Positions 27,716 through 39,875 of a stretch of 64,000 nt of DNA are shown piece after piece. The position numbers and the translations under genes were made by a program. The notes beneath the pieces were generated by a model. The model saw only the letters and a program-made list of their open reading frames with translations. It did no database searches and was not told the origin of the DNA. This stretch comes from Podarcis filfolensis (taxonomy: Eukaryota): the NCBI GenBank assembly GCA_964270895.1, contig OZ185436.1. One strand, 5' to 3'. How positions within the stretch are numbered: the first letter of the stretch is position 1; the number at the start of each line of letters is the position of its first letter.

Positions 27716-28659
27716 ACATTAATTTGTTCCTTTAATTTTTCAACAGAAGATAAATTCAATTTCCCTCCAAGTCTGGAACCAGGTCACTTCGCATGTCCAT
27801 ATCAAAATCCCCACCCACCCCCCAGTTCTGGCAAAGCACATCAAACTGATTTGCATTTATAGCAATAAATGAATGCTACTGCACAAATTCAGTCTGTTAT
27901 TTTAGGGAAATAAATTAAAATAAATAAATGTCAATCCTGCAATTCCAAGAGGATTCAATCCATGTGTACATACAATATGTAGATATGCGTTTAGCAATGA
28001 TAATCACTAAAACAACAGTGCTGAACACACCAGTAGTGTCTTGTCTTTCAAACTCTCTTTACTATTTCAGATTCAGATTCTGTTATATTCTCTGCTAGAA
28101 GCTTGACACAAATCATATGTCACTTTATCTTATTAGCTGAAGGGCTGTACTGCCACAGATTATTTTTGCATGTTCTTTCATTTACTCTTTAAAACCAAAG
28201 GGAAGTTGTCTAAGACTTTAGGCAATGCAGAAGGCAGTGCTAGGCAGTCATCATCCCTAAAACCTCTTCTAAGCACATGTTTATTCTATTGATTTTATTT
28301 ATCTCTTTGTAGATATCTACAAAGATATGATTTGTTCAGAAAGCTGCTATTCTGGATGATATCTATGTATGGGAATTCAGTCACTCCATTTGCCATGGAA
28401 GCCTCCTATTTGCTCAGATTTCCAACAGACTGAACTATGCAGACTGTAGTATGCATTGCAAATGTTGGCTTGAAATGTTCTGTCAACCAAAAGAGAACAC
28501 CCAATCCATAGTATTCCTCTAGAAACAGTAGGAGTATGGCTGCCTACCTTAAATAAGGATATTTTCCTGGTAAACAGTTTCTGCTGCTTTCCCCACAAAA
28601 ATGAATATGGCTTTGCCTACTGATATAATAATAATAATAATTTACTATTTATACCCCGC

Positions 28660-28942
28660 CCAAGCCAGAATACCTATGACATGTATTACCCACTCATTTG
28701 CTCCCATTCTGCTATTTGAATATCCAACAAAGACATTAGCCCTACATATGTACTCACCACGAGCAACGTCTTCCTCTTAATGCTCCAATATTTTTGTTTA
28801 GATGACATGATATTAAATTCCCTTTAAAGAACCATAATTTTTCTATTTTTGAATAACCTGGACAGCATGTCCATGCTGGGGTCAGCTCTTATCTAAATTG
28901 TTCTAATCTCCACATTTCTGGCTTTCGCTCCTGCACATCTTC

Positions 28943-28988
<46 letters not shown>

Positions 28989-29440
28989 TTGTTTCAGGTT
29001 GTCATCCCATTGCTATGATCATATTCCTCTCTCTTTACACTTCCACATAACTCCTTCTATAACCCTCCAGTCCCTATTTGCAAAGCTGTTCCACATCTCT
29101 GTCCGCATACCATGCCTCACATCTCTCCTTATTTCCCCTGCACTCTTTCAACATCCCAACAAGATTAGCTGCTATTGGTGTGCTTTTTATTCCACTGTGA
29201 ATCTTGCCATGACACTTTCAGCGACTGTATCATATCCCCTCTCTTTTTCATCAAGTCACTTCCTTCCCTCCTCAAGACTAGCTTCATCACTATGTGTTTC
29301 TAGAAACAGCTTAACCTTACCTTGTACTCCAAATTCTTCCTTACCTCATTTCTAGTTCTCTGTCAAACCATGACCTCTCTGTGTATCCCTGTCAGCCAGT
29401 TTAATATAGACTATAAGTGCTCTGGGAAGGGACTGTATCA
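28660..29440 (+). mobile_element. Old L2 LINE 3' region
   Basis: Pyrimidine-rich body ending in tagactataagtgctctgggaagggactgt, an L2 3'-end-like motif; interrupted by an (ATT)n run. Confidence 0.55.
28944..28988. repeat. (ATT)15 microsatellite
   Basis: Direct reading. Confidence 0.95.
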
Positions 29441-29959
29441 GCACTGCTAACTAAATATTAAATCAATCAGAGCTGGGACACATCTATTTTTTCTTCGATT
29501 AATTTTCTATAATAGTTAGGTATGCAAAATTAATAAACAACAATAATGACAGACCTTTTGCCATATATATTAAGAGAGGCATTGCCTCCCATTGGCTGAA
29601 TAGTGATACACCATGGAGAGAGCTGCAGAGCTATCATGGATTCTCTCTCCAGGGGAAAGGGGTTAGGAAAGCAACCCTGAAATAGGTCTGCTTCTACTGC
29701 TTGAAATGGTCTCCCCAGAGATCTGAATAACAGCCAACTTTCTAGCTGTACACAAGAAGCTGTCTAGGGAGGGAGGTTGTGAAATCTCCTTTGGGGCTTG
29801 AATATGCATCTGCTGGGGATTTTTCTGCTGTACAGAATATTAGGGCAGGGAGACTTAGATGGCACAATTTCTTTCACACACTATGTAACACTGCATATAT
29901 CTCCACAACTGTTCCTCCTTCCCCAGGAAGACTGCAACCTTGGCATATATGCACATGTA

Positions 29960-30282
29960 CAGTAGGATCACAACTTGTGCTGATTTAACTTGTGCGACTG
30001 CAACCTGACCGCCTGGTGGCTGGCCAGCTGATATCACACTAATATTAAATGTATGCAAGTCGGAGAGTTCCTTGCCTTGCTTACCGGGCTTGGGAAGGTC
30101 TCCTGTGGGTTCTGGAGGCCTTCACAAAATCTTGGAAGCCCTTGCAAGATCTCGTGCAGGCTTTGGAAGGTAAAATTGTTTGTGCTGGGGTGGTTCCAGG
30201 GGATTGTTTTGAATATACACAACTTTGGCTTTACGTACTACCCCCTCAGAAAGTAAACCCTGAGCAAGACACGATCCTACTG
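29960..30282. mobile_element. Tc1/mariner-type MITE (323 bp)
   Basis: TIRs cagtaggatcacaacttg / caagacacgatcctactg, flanked by TA on both sides (29958-59, 30283-84). Confidence 0.8.
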
Positions 30283-31840
30283 TATGTGTATATCACCACT
30301 TTACACATGAAGTCAGAAATTGGGGCTGCTCCTCTTGTAACACTATAACACTGCTTTTCAACAGTGACGGTGGCAGGTACATTATAGACAGGGGTTCATC
30401 ACCCCTCTGAAACAGGAATCCATCCTCCATTGGGAGCAGAGCATGTATAATCTTTTAACAGCTCAAACTGGGCTCATCTTCCTCAGTAGTTCAGTCCTCT
30501 GGAGTGTTTGGAGTTGAATCTGCTGACCTTGGTGACTGCAGAGCTAGAACAGCTAAAGAGGGGGGGAAAGAGCTGCAGTGTAGCACTCCTGCAGAAAAAG
30601 TGAGAGCTGCAATCCATGCCTCCACTTCTGGCAAAGCGAGTAAAGGCCTTAGAGGATCTCCTGCAAATCCAATCCAGCTCAGGGAGGCAAAACGTGCTTA
30701 AAATCTGTAAAAATGTTTCCTACAGTATAAGATTCAAGAGAAATGGACAACTGAAGTCCTTTGAACAAGGAGATGGCTGCCTCCAAAGAGATTTTGAAAA
30801 TCAATATTATAAAAAATATAATGGAAATTGACTTGGAGGGGGTAAAAAGCATTATTCAGTTCAATTCAGATGTAACAGATGAACTCCTTATACCAAACGC
30901 ATCCCTGAACCATCCGTCTAAACAGTGTTTCATAGACGTGTTGCATTTTCATGTTTCCACTATTTTTCAAATTAACACTGGGGTCACATATCAGTCTTAC
31001 CTAAAGGGGATTATTTCTAGTCATGGGAGTCTCACTGGGAAGAACACAGCTGGGGAGAAGCAGTTTCAGTGGAAGCATTCAGCAACTCCTTCCATCTCCC
31101 CATGTTGCCCTTTAAATTGTCCTCCCGCTCTCTGGCTTCATAGGAAGCCAACAGACATCCGAATTTAATATACAGGGCTCCCACTGCCACCATCAGATTT
31201 TTTCTCTTCTTTAAAACATTCAGCATGTAATGCTATATACACTGAGTTCAATGAATCTTTCTTCCTTCCGAGCTGAAAAGAGTTACAAGCGCAGCCAGAA
31301 AAGAAATGAAAACATTGAGGAAGCAGTGTGTATGTAATGGGGCATAGCACAAGTCTGCTCACCTTCTCTGGTGGGTAGCGTTGTGGCTGGGTCTCAGCCC
31401 CTGCAATGATCTGGCTGGGGGTGGAGACTGACGGCCTCCTTGATGCTGTCTGGCCATGTTGTCAGAGTAAGGGCAGGGCCCTGCCCAGGGGTGGCCCCGC
31501 CATCCAATCAGTGCCTGCAGGAGGCATGGCCGCAGGTAATTTAAACTGCAGTGTGGCCAGAGACCATCCTCTCGCGCCTTTTGCCATGTAATGGGGTATA
31601 GCACAAAGTAACAACAGATCTATTCACCCCAAAACACACAAATTGTATGCAACCCCAAGTGGAACAGCTTGGAGCCCAGTTCCCCCCCACTTACCTGATT
31701 GTCCATTGTTGGGTGAACCCAAATTTACTCAACATCGAGATTGGTGTTGTTGGAGGGTAACATCATGTGGACTACACAAATTAAATGTGAAAGCAAACAG
31801 CTGCAAACACACAATAAACCTCAGTGTGGAAAAGCCCCAT

Positions 31841-31960
31841 GTATCTGATTAGAGTAGGTGTAGCTCAAAAAAGCTTGTCCCAAAATAAATGAATTAGTCT
31901 TGAAGGCGCCATAAGACTCTTTTATGTTTCTCCTGCAACTAATATGACTACCTCTCTTGC
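31841..31960 (+). mobile_element. Decayed Penelope-like pseudo-LTR fragment
   Basis: gtatctgattagag...aaaagcttgtccc...ttagtcttgaaggcgcc...aatatgactacctct is colinear with 63772-63903 (gtatctgaaga...gaaagctcatacc...ttggtctttaaggtgc...aacacggctacctat). Confidence 0.6.
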
Positions 31961-32011
31961 AGTTAAAATCAATAGTACGTCCAAGTTTTCTAAGTATAGT
32001 TAGGACTGAGC

Positions 32012-32349
32012 CAGGGGTGCCGACTTGCTCACCACCTTAAGGGGGCGCGGTCATGTGATGCGTCACGTGATGCCGCCCACAAGACCTGTGGAGGGTGATC
32101 TCCGCGCTTGCTTGTCCCAGCCACAGCCCAGGAGCCAGGGTATGGCTGGGACAAGTGAAGCAAAGACCACCCACTCTCGTCCCAGCTGTGTGGAGTCTGG
32201 GTTGCTGGGCAGAGGCTGGCGCTGGGATGTGCATGCAGCTGCGGCAGTGTGTGGTGGCAGCCCCCTCAATATTGGGGGGGGCGCTACCCCCTGCCAAAAA
32301 GTATTGGGAGAGCTGAAGCCCCCTCCGCCCCCTATACCCAGCACCACTG
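32012..32349. mobile_element. GC-rich hAT non-autonomous element
   Basis: Termini caggggtgccg / ccagcaccactg; perfect 8-bp TSD gactgagc (32004-32011, 32350-32357). Confidence 0.88.
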
Positions 32350-32937
32350 GACTGAGCTGTTAAAATTGTATGGACATGACAGGCAAAATCTAATAGCAAG
32401 CATTATTTTGTCTCGCTGTACCTTTCATGAACAATGTGAAGTCTGCTTTTAACAACAAACATTGTTATAGCTATAGAGAACCGATTTAAATAAAAGTTCT
32501 CCAGGAGTACAGTACTGCCTTCATTTCTTTCCTTCTTTTTTGGTGCAGAAAACTTACATTGCCTGTAGTCTTTGGTTTATTATTTATCAATCTTTAATTA
32601 GCATAATCTTGCAGATATTGAAATAAAAGAAAAATACACAGTGGTGTACCTAACATTCTCTGCTTCTGTTTATATGGCAAGCAGTTACACAAGCAGACAG
32701 AACTGTTTGCTGAACATTAATTTTTGATTTTAGCAAGCGGGCAAGTTCACATGCCTAAAGTGAGCTTGCTTCTGAGCACAACTAATTATATAGCGGAAGA
32801 GCTCACCACAAGCACAAATCATGGAGTCAGCTGTGTAGATTCTTCTAATCTTCTCCACAGGACAAACAAATAATTTGCACCAATGCTGTAAAGATTTCAT
32901 CCTATACCTGGCAAGAAGGGCAGAGTCACCCAGAATT

Positions 32938-33140
32938 AGGGTGGTATAGTGTGGTTAAGAAGATTGCAGTTGGACTCCTATGCTGCTCTGAAAATCACTG
33001 GGTGACTCTGGGTCAGCCCCTGGGCCAGCTTTTCTCACAGGATTCTTGTGAGGACAGAATGGGGGCAAACCCTCATTTATGTTTTCCCAAGTTCCTTTGG
33101 GAGAGGGTGGGGCATAAATGCAAAGAATAAAATAAGTAAA
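32938..33140 (+). mobile_element. Squam3-like tRNA-derived SINE
   Basis: Box-A-like gtggtatagtgtggttaaga, core cactgggtgact..ggg...ctcacaggattcttgtgaggac, tail gggcataaatgcaagaataaaataa. Confidence 0.7.
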
Positions 33141-36100
33141 AGGCAAGTTTAGTGTTGATGACTGTGCTCCAGGTCCACTCAATTGGTCCTTGGGGTGCTG
33201 CATAGAAAGGCCAACATCTTCCTTGCTCCCTAACAATTCTAAGTTTGGGCAGCAGCAGGGAACACCGATCTTCTGTCCCAAGGGAATCAAACATGCTCCA
33301 ACTCTGCAATTGCCATCCTAAGATCTGAGTCTATACATTCTGGCACTACAGCACCATTGTTTTTGCAGGCCAATTGCTACATTTCTATTAAAGAAGGAAA
33401 ACAATATACAAATGTAAATTTTAATCAATATATGACTGAACAGGTTTTTATTCTACCAGCTTATTCATTAGGAGTTGACGGAGAGAATGGTGAAACGAAC
33501 ACTCCAACGAGCAAGCAGTTTTAATGGTTCCTTACTTTCCCAACCTTGCTAGGTTAGCAAGAGTGATACACAGTTTAACTCCCCACCTCTTTTCTTCAGT
33601 GAACCATGCTTATGCATGGCTACAAACTGCCTGTTTGGGCAGACTGCTGCATATCTTTTTGTAGAGCACAGTACTCATCCCTGTTCTCTTGGTGCCAATG
33701 GGGAATTTCTTCCCCAAAGCAAATACTAGCTTTAGTAAAAGGATTGTCCTCAGGACTGAAGCAGGGGAGGAAAGCCTTAAATTCTCCCCTCCGCACCTTC
33801 TGGTGGAATTTGCATCTTTTAAAAACCTGCATTTTTGTTCAGCATTCATAAATAACTCAGAATTTGGCAGTAGCAGCCTATTTCAAACATTAGGCATGCA
33901 GTTCCAGAGTCCTATGGAGTTATTTTGTTTACACAAAACACTGCAGAAGTGGGAATACCCCAAACTTTATAGTGTCAGAGATTTGCTGATTTATTGGCTG
34001 TTAGGAGAGCTGGACTGCCCATGAGGCAGGATGAGGGAGCCGCCTGAAGCAGCACCCCTTAAGGGGTGGCACACCCATTCAACTGCCAAGGTGGAGGTGA
34101 AGGTAGAGGCATCTTCTACTGTAAGGAGCTAACCATATACATTTGAAACCCTTCCTACTTCCCCTTGCTATTCGTTGCCCCATTTTTAACCAATGGCTCA
34201 TCCCTTCATCGGAACTTGGCTGTATCTTGCTCCTATGGAATGTTCCAATCTGCACTGTGCTGCTTCAGTCAAGGTTTTACATTCTGTAAAATGTAATATG
34301 GCATCCTCTCTTGCTCCTTGTTCATCTCCTCTTACATGCAACATTGAGCTATGTGGGGTTTTAAAAGGGTCCCCCAGTCCCTGACATTACTATTCAAATG
34401 CTATGAAGCTGTTGCTGACTTCATTGCACCAATGTTACAAAGTCACTGCTCCGTGCAAAGAAATGTCATTACCCAATTCACATGATTACACTGTTTAAGC
34501 CATTTTTTTTATCAGACAAGGAAAACAAGGTGCGAGTTCCCAGAGAAAGCTAGTGTGATGCTTAAAAATAAAAAACACGCTTGCAATTTCATTCTTGTTG
34601 TAGATGGCTTGAACTTCCTACTTAGGATTAGTGTATTCTTTTGGGGTCATCTAGGGGTGCAGCTTGGCTTGTTAAAATAAGGGGCCTTTGGGCTTCCTTT
34701 GGATAGAGCTATATAATAATGCAGTACACTACTAGTCTTGCAACTTCCGTGGTAGCATCACACCCACACAGGCATTTCAACGCCACCACTAAAATGCAGC
34801 ACTCTTTTGCTGTGTGGGAGGTGACAGCTGTTTGACAGTAGTAGTTAAAGTAAACCAGAAGCCACTTAAAGTTGTTGTGAGAAACATCTATATACACTTG
34901 AAATTTCAAGATAGCTCTTTTCCCCCTTTGGGGAAATGAAGGGTGCAGGGAGGGCTAAATGGTACTTGGATTCGAGCCAGGTAATCACGGACTGGATTTT
35001 ATGTCCCATCCAAGCAGCATATGTACCCACAGCGGTGCAGCACCCGACAACACAGTCACAGTGTTGCTTCTGTGCTAATTGAGAAGCCATCTGCTGCCCA
35101 GGTATCAGTTCCAGTTCTGCACAGATCCCTGACTTTACATTGCTGAAGAAGAATTTTTAAAAAGAGTAAGACTTTTAGGACCAGCCCCCAAAACCATATC
35201 CTGAAATAATGCCCTGAAAATCAAAAGGCACTGCTGTGCCATAAACGCTGATCAGATTTTTTACGCGTATGTCACAGTAACTTTTCATCTGATTTAAATA
35301 ACACCAACTTTAACCCAATTTTATGATTTAGAATGGAATTTTTTTATATCTCCAAAAAGATGTAAAAGTGGTTTAGAAGAAACAAAATTGCTTCCAAATA
35401 AATTGCTTTTGTAAAATCCTATAAATCAATCTTCTTAATATTGTGCACTAAGAGGCAGGCTTGTGCTTACTGTGCATTTTCCAAACTCCATTTCCACCAA
35501 CAAAAAATATACGATCCATACTAGAGACTGGGTGGATAATAGATCCAAGCCATGTGACTCAGTTCTCTGTAGTTATAACCTCTAGTTAGAAGCTCCCTAC
35601 TATGCTGAGCATTATCAGATAAAGACGGTAAATTAATTGAGTACTCTCAGGTTCTGTGCCTCTGGTCTGGACTCATGAAAGGGCCAACATTGCTCCATGG
35701 TGATTTTTGCAATGATCCATTAGATTTTAGCAGAACTGGAGGACTTCACATACATTTCCAATTAGATGTAAAGGGTATGACTACACCATCTTCCTAGGAA
35801 ATTCACCATTTACAGTTCATGCTGAAACTGATTACCTATGAAAGCAGCATGACATCTTCCAGGTGCAAATCAAAGACTTTTTTTAACAAAATGATGGATG
35901 ACTCATCTACTATCATATTTCCTTTAAACTTCAGAAACCCAAGACCAGAATATGCATTCGTAACCATTTCCATACTGCAGAACAGGAAAGAGATATCTGT
36001 GTGGTGATACAAGGCTTGGGTACCTTAAGACCTTTCCCTACCTACATTCTTCTGCCCTTACCCACAAGGAAAAGGTCCATCAACTCCAGCCTTCGTGTAC

Positions 36101-36604
36101 TCACTAGGCAAGGCCGTTACTCCATCAACTCTTCGGCAATCAAATTATTATCATCAGGATCTATCCCAGCAAGTTGCAAAGCATTCTGTCATTTCAGCTT
36201 GGTATCCAAACCAAATGCAACCAAATCCAGAGCAGCTCCTTCTTACCCAGGCTTGATGCTTTTGTGTTCAGAAACTAAACAAAATAAAAAATTACTTCCC
36301 CGTTGCTGTCACAGTGCTACTTTCACAGGGACCCTCATCCTCTCACAGGCCAAGAAAACATGATCGCTTTGTTCCCCCCAGTCTCTTCCAAAACCAAATT
36401 TTGGAGGAGCAAGAGGGAAACTACGTAAGATTCCTTTATGCATTTGTTTTCATATGAGAATAGTTGCTAATTTCCCCCATCAAACCAATCAAAACATGCA
36501 CTGCCATTCATATCCTTATCAACCATATCCTTATCTATATTGAAACCAGCCACAGGAAATGCACTGCTTTTCAACACTGTTAAAAATTAAATTAGGAGCC
36601 TTAC

Positions 36605-37441
36605 CTCCACCAGATGAGGTGTTGGGTTGAATCCACACATGTTGCAGACCTGCTGCTTACAGGATGTACAGGTATTATAGTTGGAGGGTTCACCGGAGCC
36701 CACGTTGATCTCTGCTTTACAGAGGGGGCACAAGACCCTTGCTTTCGGCACTTCCTTTGGCTTAATTACTTGTTCTGCTTTTGCTTGCTTTGCAGCCGGG
36801 ACAGTTCCAGCCTTACCCTGCATTCCAGGTGTGGTGCCTGGGGCTTTAGGACCAGCTTCTTTGCTGGCATCGCTGAAGACAATTTTCGGAGGCACTTTGC
36901 CAGGGGACTGCTGACTTGGTGGGGTGGCCTCTGGCTGGACAGACATGAGTGTGCTTGCCTGGGTCAAGAGGGAAGCCCCAAATCCAAAGAGTTTACCAGT
37001 GAGGCCCTCTTGGGGCTGCTCTGGCGCCCCAGCACTGGGGGCAGGGGCCGAAGTCTTAGCTGGAGAGTCTCCCACAGTCTTTCTCTGATCAGTGGACGAA
37101 GGCTTTGCTTGCTGATGCTGAGGGGAAGACCTCACCACTTCCTGAGGAGCAGCAGGTTTTGGCTGGGCTTGGCTGGGTGGTTCCCTCTGGGCTGAAGCGG
37201 GGGGTGGTTTGGGGGTCTCAGGCTGCATGACACCAGCACTTGGCCTGGGGCCTGGCTGCATAGTTCCTGGTTGTTTCTCTGGTCCTGGTGCCACATGGGG
37301 CAGTGGCTGTTTGGCTGGGGAATGGGAAGGGGAAAGTGCCGGGGAATGTAGCTGCTGCTGGCTTTTGGAACGGGGAGCAGTGGTCATGTCCATCCCCAAA
37401 GCTCTCTGCATCTGGCAATTTAAACATAACCATTCTTGCAC
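36605..37441 (-). CDS. BSN: Bassoon coding exon (exon 3 equivalent): end of zinc finger 1, Pro/Gln-rich linker, first part of zinc finger 2
   Basis: VQEWLCLNCQMQRALGMDMTTAPRSKSQQQLHSPALSP...QEGLTGKLFGFGASLLTQASTLMSVQPE...LCPLCKAEINVGSGEPSNYNTCTSCKQQVCNMCGFNPTPHLVE; these motifs are BSN-like rather than PCLO-like. Acceptor ttttgtcttctag|GTGCAA at 37441, donor GAG|gtaagg at 36605. Length 837 nt = 279 codons, phase 0-0, in frame with the upstream exon. Confidence 0.97.
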
Positions 37442-37907
37442 CTAGAAGACAAAAACAAAGAAAAGCCCATAAGGATACATCCACAGCTCGGTCATCAGAC
37501 AGCTAGACTGGCAACATGAGAACACAGAACCTTTGTCCCTTGTTGAATGTTGCTTTTCTACCCAATGAACAAAACAGACTCAGTACATGTCTAAAAACTC
37601 TTTCTCCAGAAAGATATTTTGCTACTCAATAAACATCAGGGGTCCATCTGTCAACTATTTCTTTTCTTTGAAGGCCTCCAGTGAAATCTCTGTCTCTAAT
37701 ACATAAATTTGTCTCTATGACCTAGTTCATGTCTGATGAAGGCCTCGGCCTAAGCATCCGAGGAGAATGTGGGACTGAGGAGCATGTAAGTCCCCCAACA
37801 TCTTCACAGCCATGCCACACTGTTTGTGTGAACATTTTAAAGCTGGTATGATTAGGCAAATGGCAGTGGCAACATAGCTGGTCTCCATCTGGTGTTATCA
37901 GGTCAAG

Positions 37908-38212
37908 CAGTGGCGGAGGAAGCTGCTCAGCCGCCTGGGGTGCACCGTCCATAGGGGTGAGGCTCACCGCGGGGCCTCCAGAGCCTGCCTGTCTCCTCCC
38001 ACTCAGCCGCCCTACAGCTGGTGGGGAGGCAGTGGGCGAACCGCTTGGGCAGTGCGGAGCCTGCGTATGCCCAAGCCACCGAATCTCTCCCAGGAGAGGG
38101 TCTGCGCGCACTGCAGACCCTGCGGTGAGTGTCGCCTGGCATTTTGTCACCCCCCTCATTGTTGACACCCGGGGCAGACCACCCCTACCACACACCCCTT
38201 CCTCCGCCCCTG
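37908..38212. mobile_element. GC-rich hAT MITE (305 bp)
   Basis: 15-bp TIRs cagtggcggaggaag / cttcctccgcccctg (1 mismatch); 8-bp TSD aggtcaag / agttcaag. Confidence 0.9.
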
Positions 38213-39683
38213 AGTTCAAGCATGAACACAGCCTAAGCGGGAGCACAGCAGCCCTGTGTGCTGCCAAGGAGGCCACCTACAAGTATGAGTGAGACTTAGT
38301 TTAGTGGCACTGTTCAGCTCAGTATTCTCCAATGCACTGGCTTATCTGGGAAAACTTGTTCAATGAATGGCCAACCCTGGCAGTGGCACGTGAAAATCAT
38401 GTAGTACTATGTATACCCAGACAGCATGACTTGCACACTGCTGCCAGGTTGGTCATTGACTGAAAAGATTAAGCTTTACTACATTCTACAACCTTTCAAA
38501 GCTCTGGAAAGCAAACACAGCAGCATCTTAGAGGCAAGATGGAAAGGTTCAGCCTTCCTCACCAGACATATATGGTTGACTGAAAGCAAGACACATTTTC
38601 ACTCAATACATGTGAAACCCCTAGATACAAAATGAAAACTGTGACATGCCTTGGCTAAGTACTAACAAATGAAACATTCTCCCCATGAGAGAGATACCCA
38701 GTGACACAATAATATCTGAATCAAGTTAATTAAAGAGGCTTTATGGGAGCTGCAAATCTTTTGATTCTTTGAAACCCCAGGACACCATGTGACTGTACAA
38801 ATATTAATATATAACACACTGTTGGATAATCACAGTTCATAAACTGGAGATTTTCTTAGGCAAGCAATTGCAGTCCTAAAAAGCAGCACAGTCAAGAAAG
38901 GTTTACAATAGAGGAAAATAATAGCTGAGAATTTCAGAGCAAGGCTGAGACAGTTAGGGCAGCAGCAATGCATATAGTTGCTCTTTTAACTCAAGAAGCC
39001 CAAAGCATGTATTAAATCCCACCATTTTAATCCTGTCCTCCCAATCTCCCTGAACTCTTACTGCTTGCCAGCCCCCCTGGTCCCAAACTATTTCCAAACT
39101 GAGGATCCTCAGCCCATGATTAAGTACCAGTTCATCTTCTGAGGCTAAAGAGCTGGAGGAGTCACAGATTTGGGCCCTGGCAGTTCTAGAACTGTTGAAA
39201 TGCTACTGCTGATACTAAAACTTCAAGGGGTGCAAGCGTGACGATCTTTGCAACTGATCACTCCAAAAGAAACGGAATCTACTTTTTCATTTAACCTTGG
39301 GAAACTTGCCCTTCTGGTTCTTTACCCACAGACCTAATGCTATGTGAATCAGAGCAGAATGCACAGCCATTTTAGTTTCAACATTTCATAGCTTTGAAAG
39401 GCTGTAAGCAGACTTTTCAAAAATGAGGTGAGGTAAAACCTTTCTCACCACTGAGAAAACAAACAAACCAATAAGGCAGTAGCAGAGTCAGGAACAAAGA
39501 AGACTGCCATTTTCATCCACCTGCCAGAGACACTTATTCGACAACACCAGTTTGAAAATGGATGAAGAGATACACAAAATAGCTTACAATTACAGATATC
39601 CTTCACTTCCTATATAATTTTTCAAAATCAACTATTACAAAAATGCAGTACTGCATTAATAAAATGGTTCATCAGTAGTGAAA

Positions 39684-39875
39684 AGGCTGCTGCCCAGTAG
39701 GAGAGCAATGCTTTGTATGCACAATGGTCCTGAGTTCAATCTTCAGTTAAAATATCAGATAGGAATGCTCAAAAACACCACCGCCTGAGACCCTGAAATG
39801 TTGTCTGTAAAAACAGACAACGTTATGCAATACGAACCAATGTCTCAGTGAAAAACAGCTTTGTATGTGCCAGTG
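39684..39875 (+). mobile_element. Squam2-like SINE
   Basis: tRNA-like head (gcccagtaggagagcaatgctttgtatgca...gagttcaatc) followed by ctgagaccctg...cagacaac...ccaat. Confidence 0.55.

Larger units (their letters stand above)
1..36604 (-). other. BSN: BSN intron 3 (partial; runs past the window start)
   Basis: Donor at 36604. No xEWLCLNC-type next exon was seen by eye or in the ORF track in 1-36604. Confidence 0.7.

Noticed and set aside
31695-31800. Consensus donor CAG|gtaagt on the minus strand with two possible upstream acceptors (77 or 106 nt pseudo-exon)
   Set aside because: Such sites are expected by chance; the shorter version has an immediate stop and there is no other support.
32025-32452. 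Cluster of 67-120 aa ORFs
   Set aside because: Coincide with a GC-rich hAT MITE.
36614-37506. Plus-strand ORFs (193, 77, 78, 72 aa) overlapping BSN exon 3
   Set aside because: Antisense shadows of a GC-rich coding exon; no recognisable protein features.
37722-38292. 184-aa and 111-aa ORFs
   Set aside because: Arise from the GC-rich MITE 37908-38212, where stop codons are scarce.
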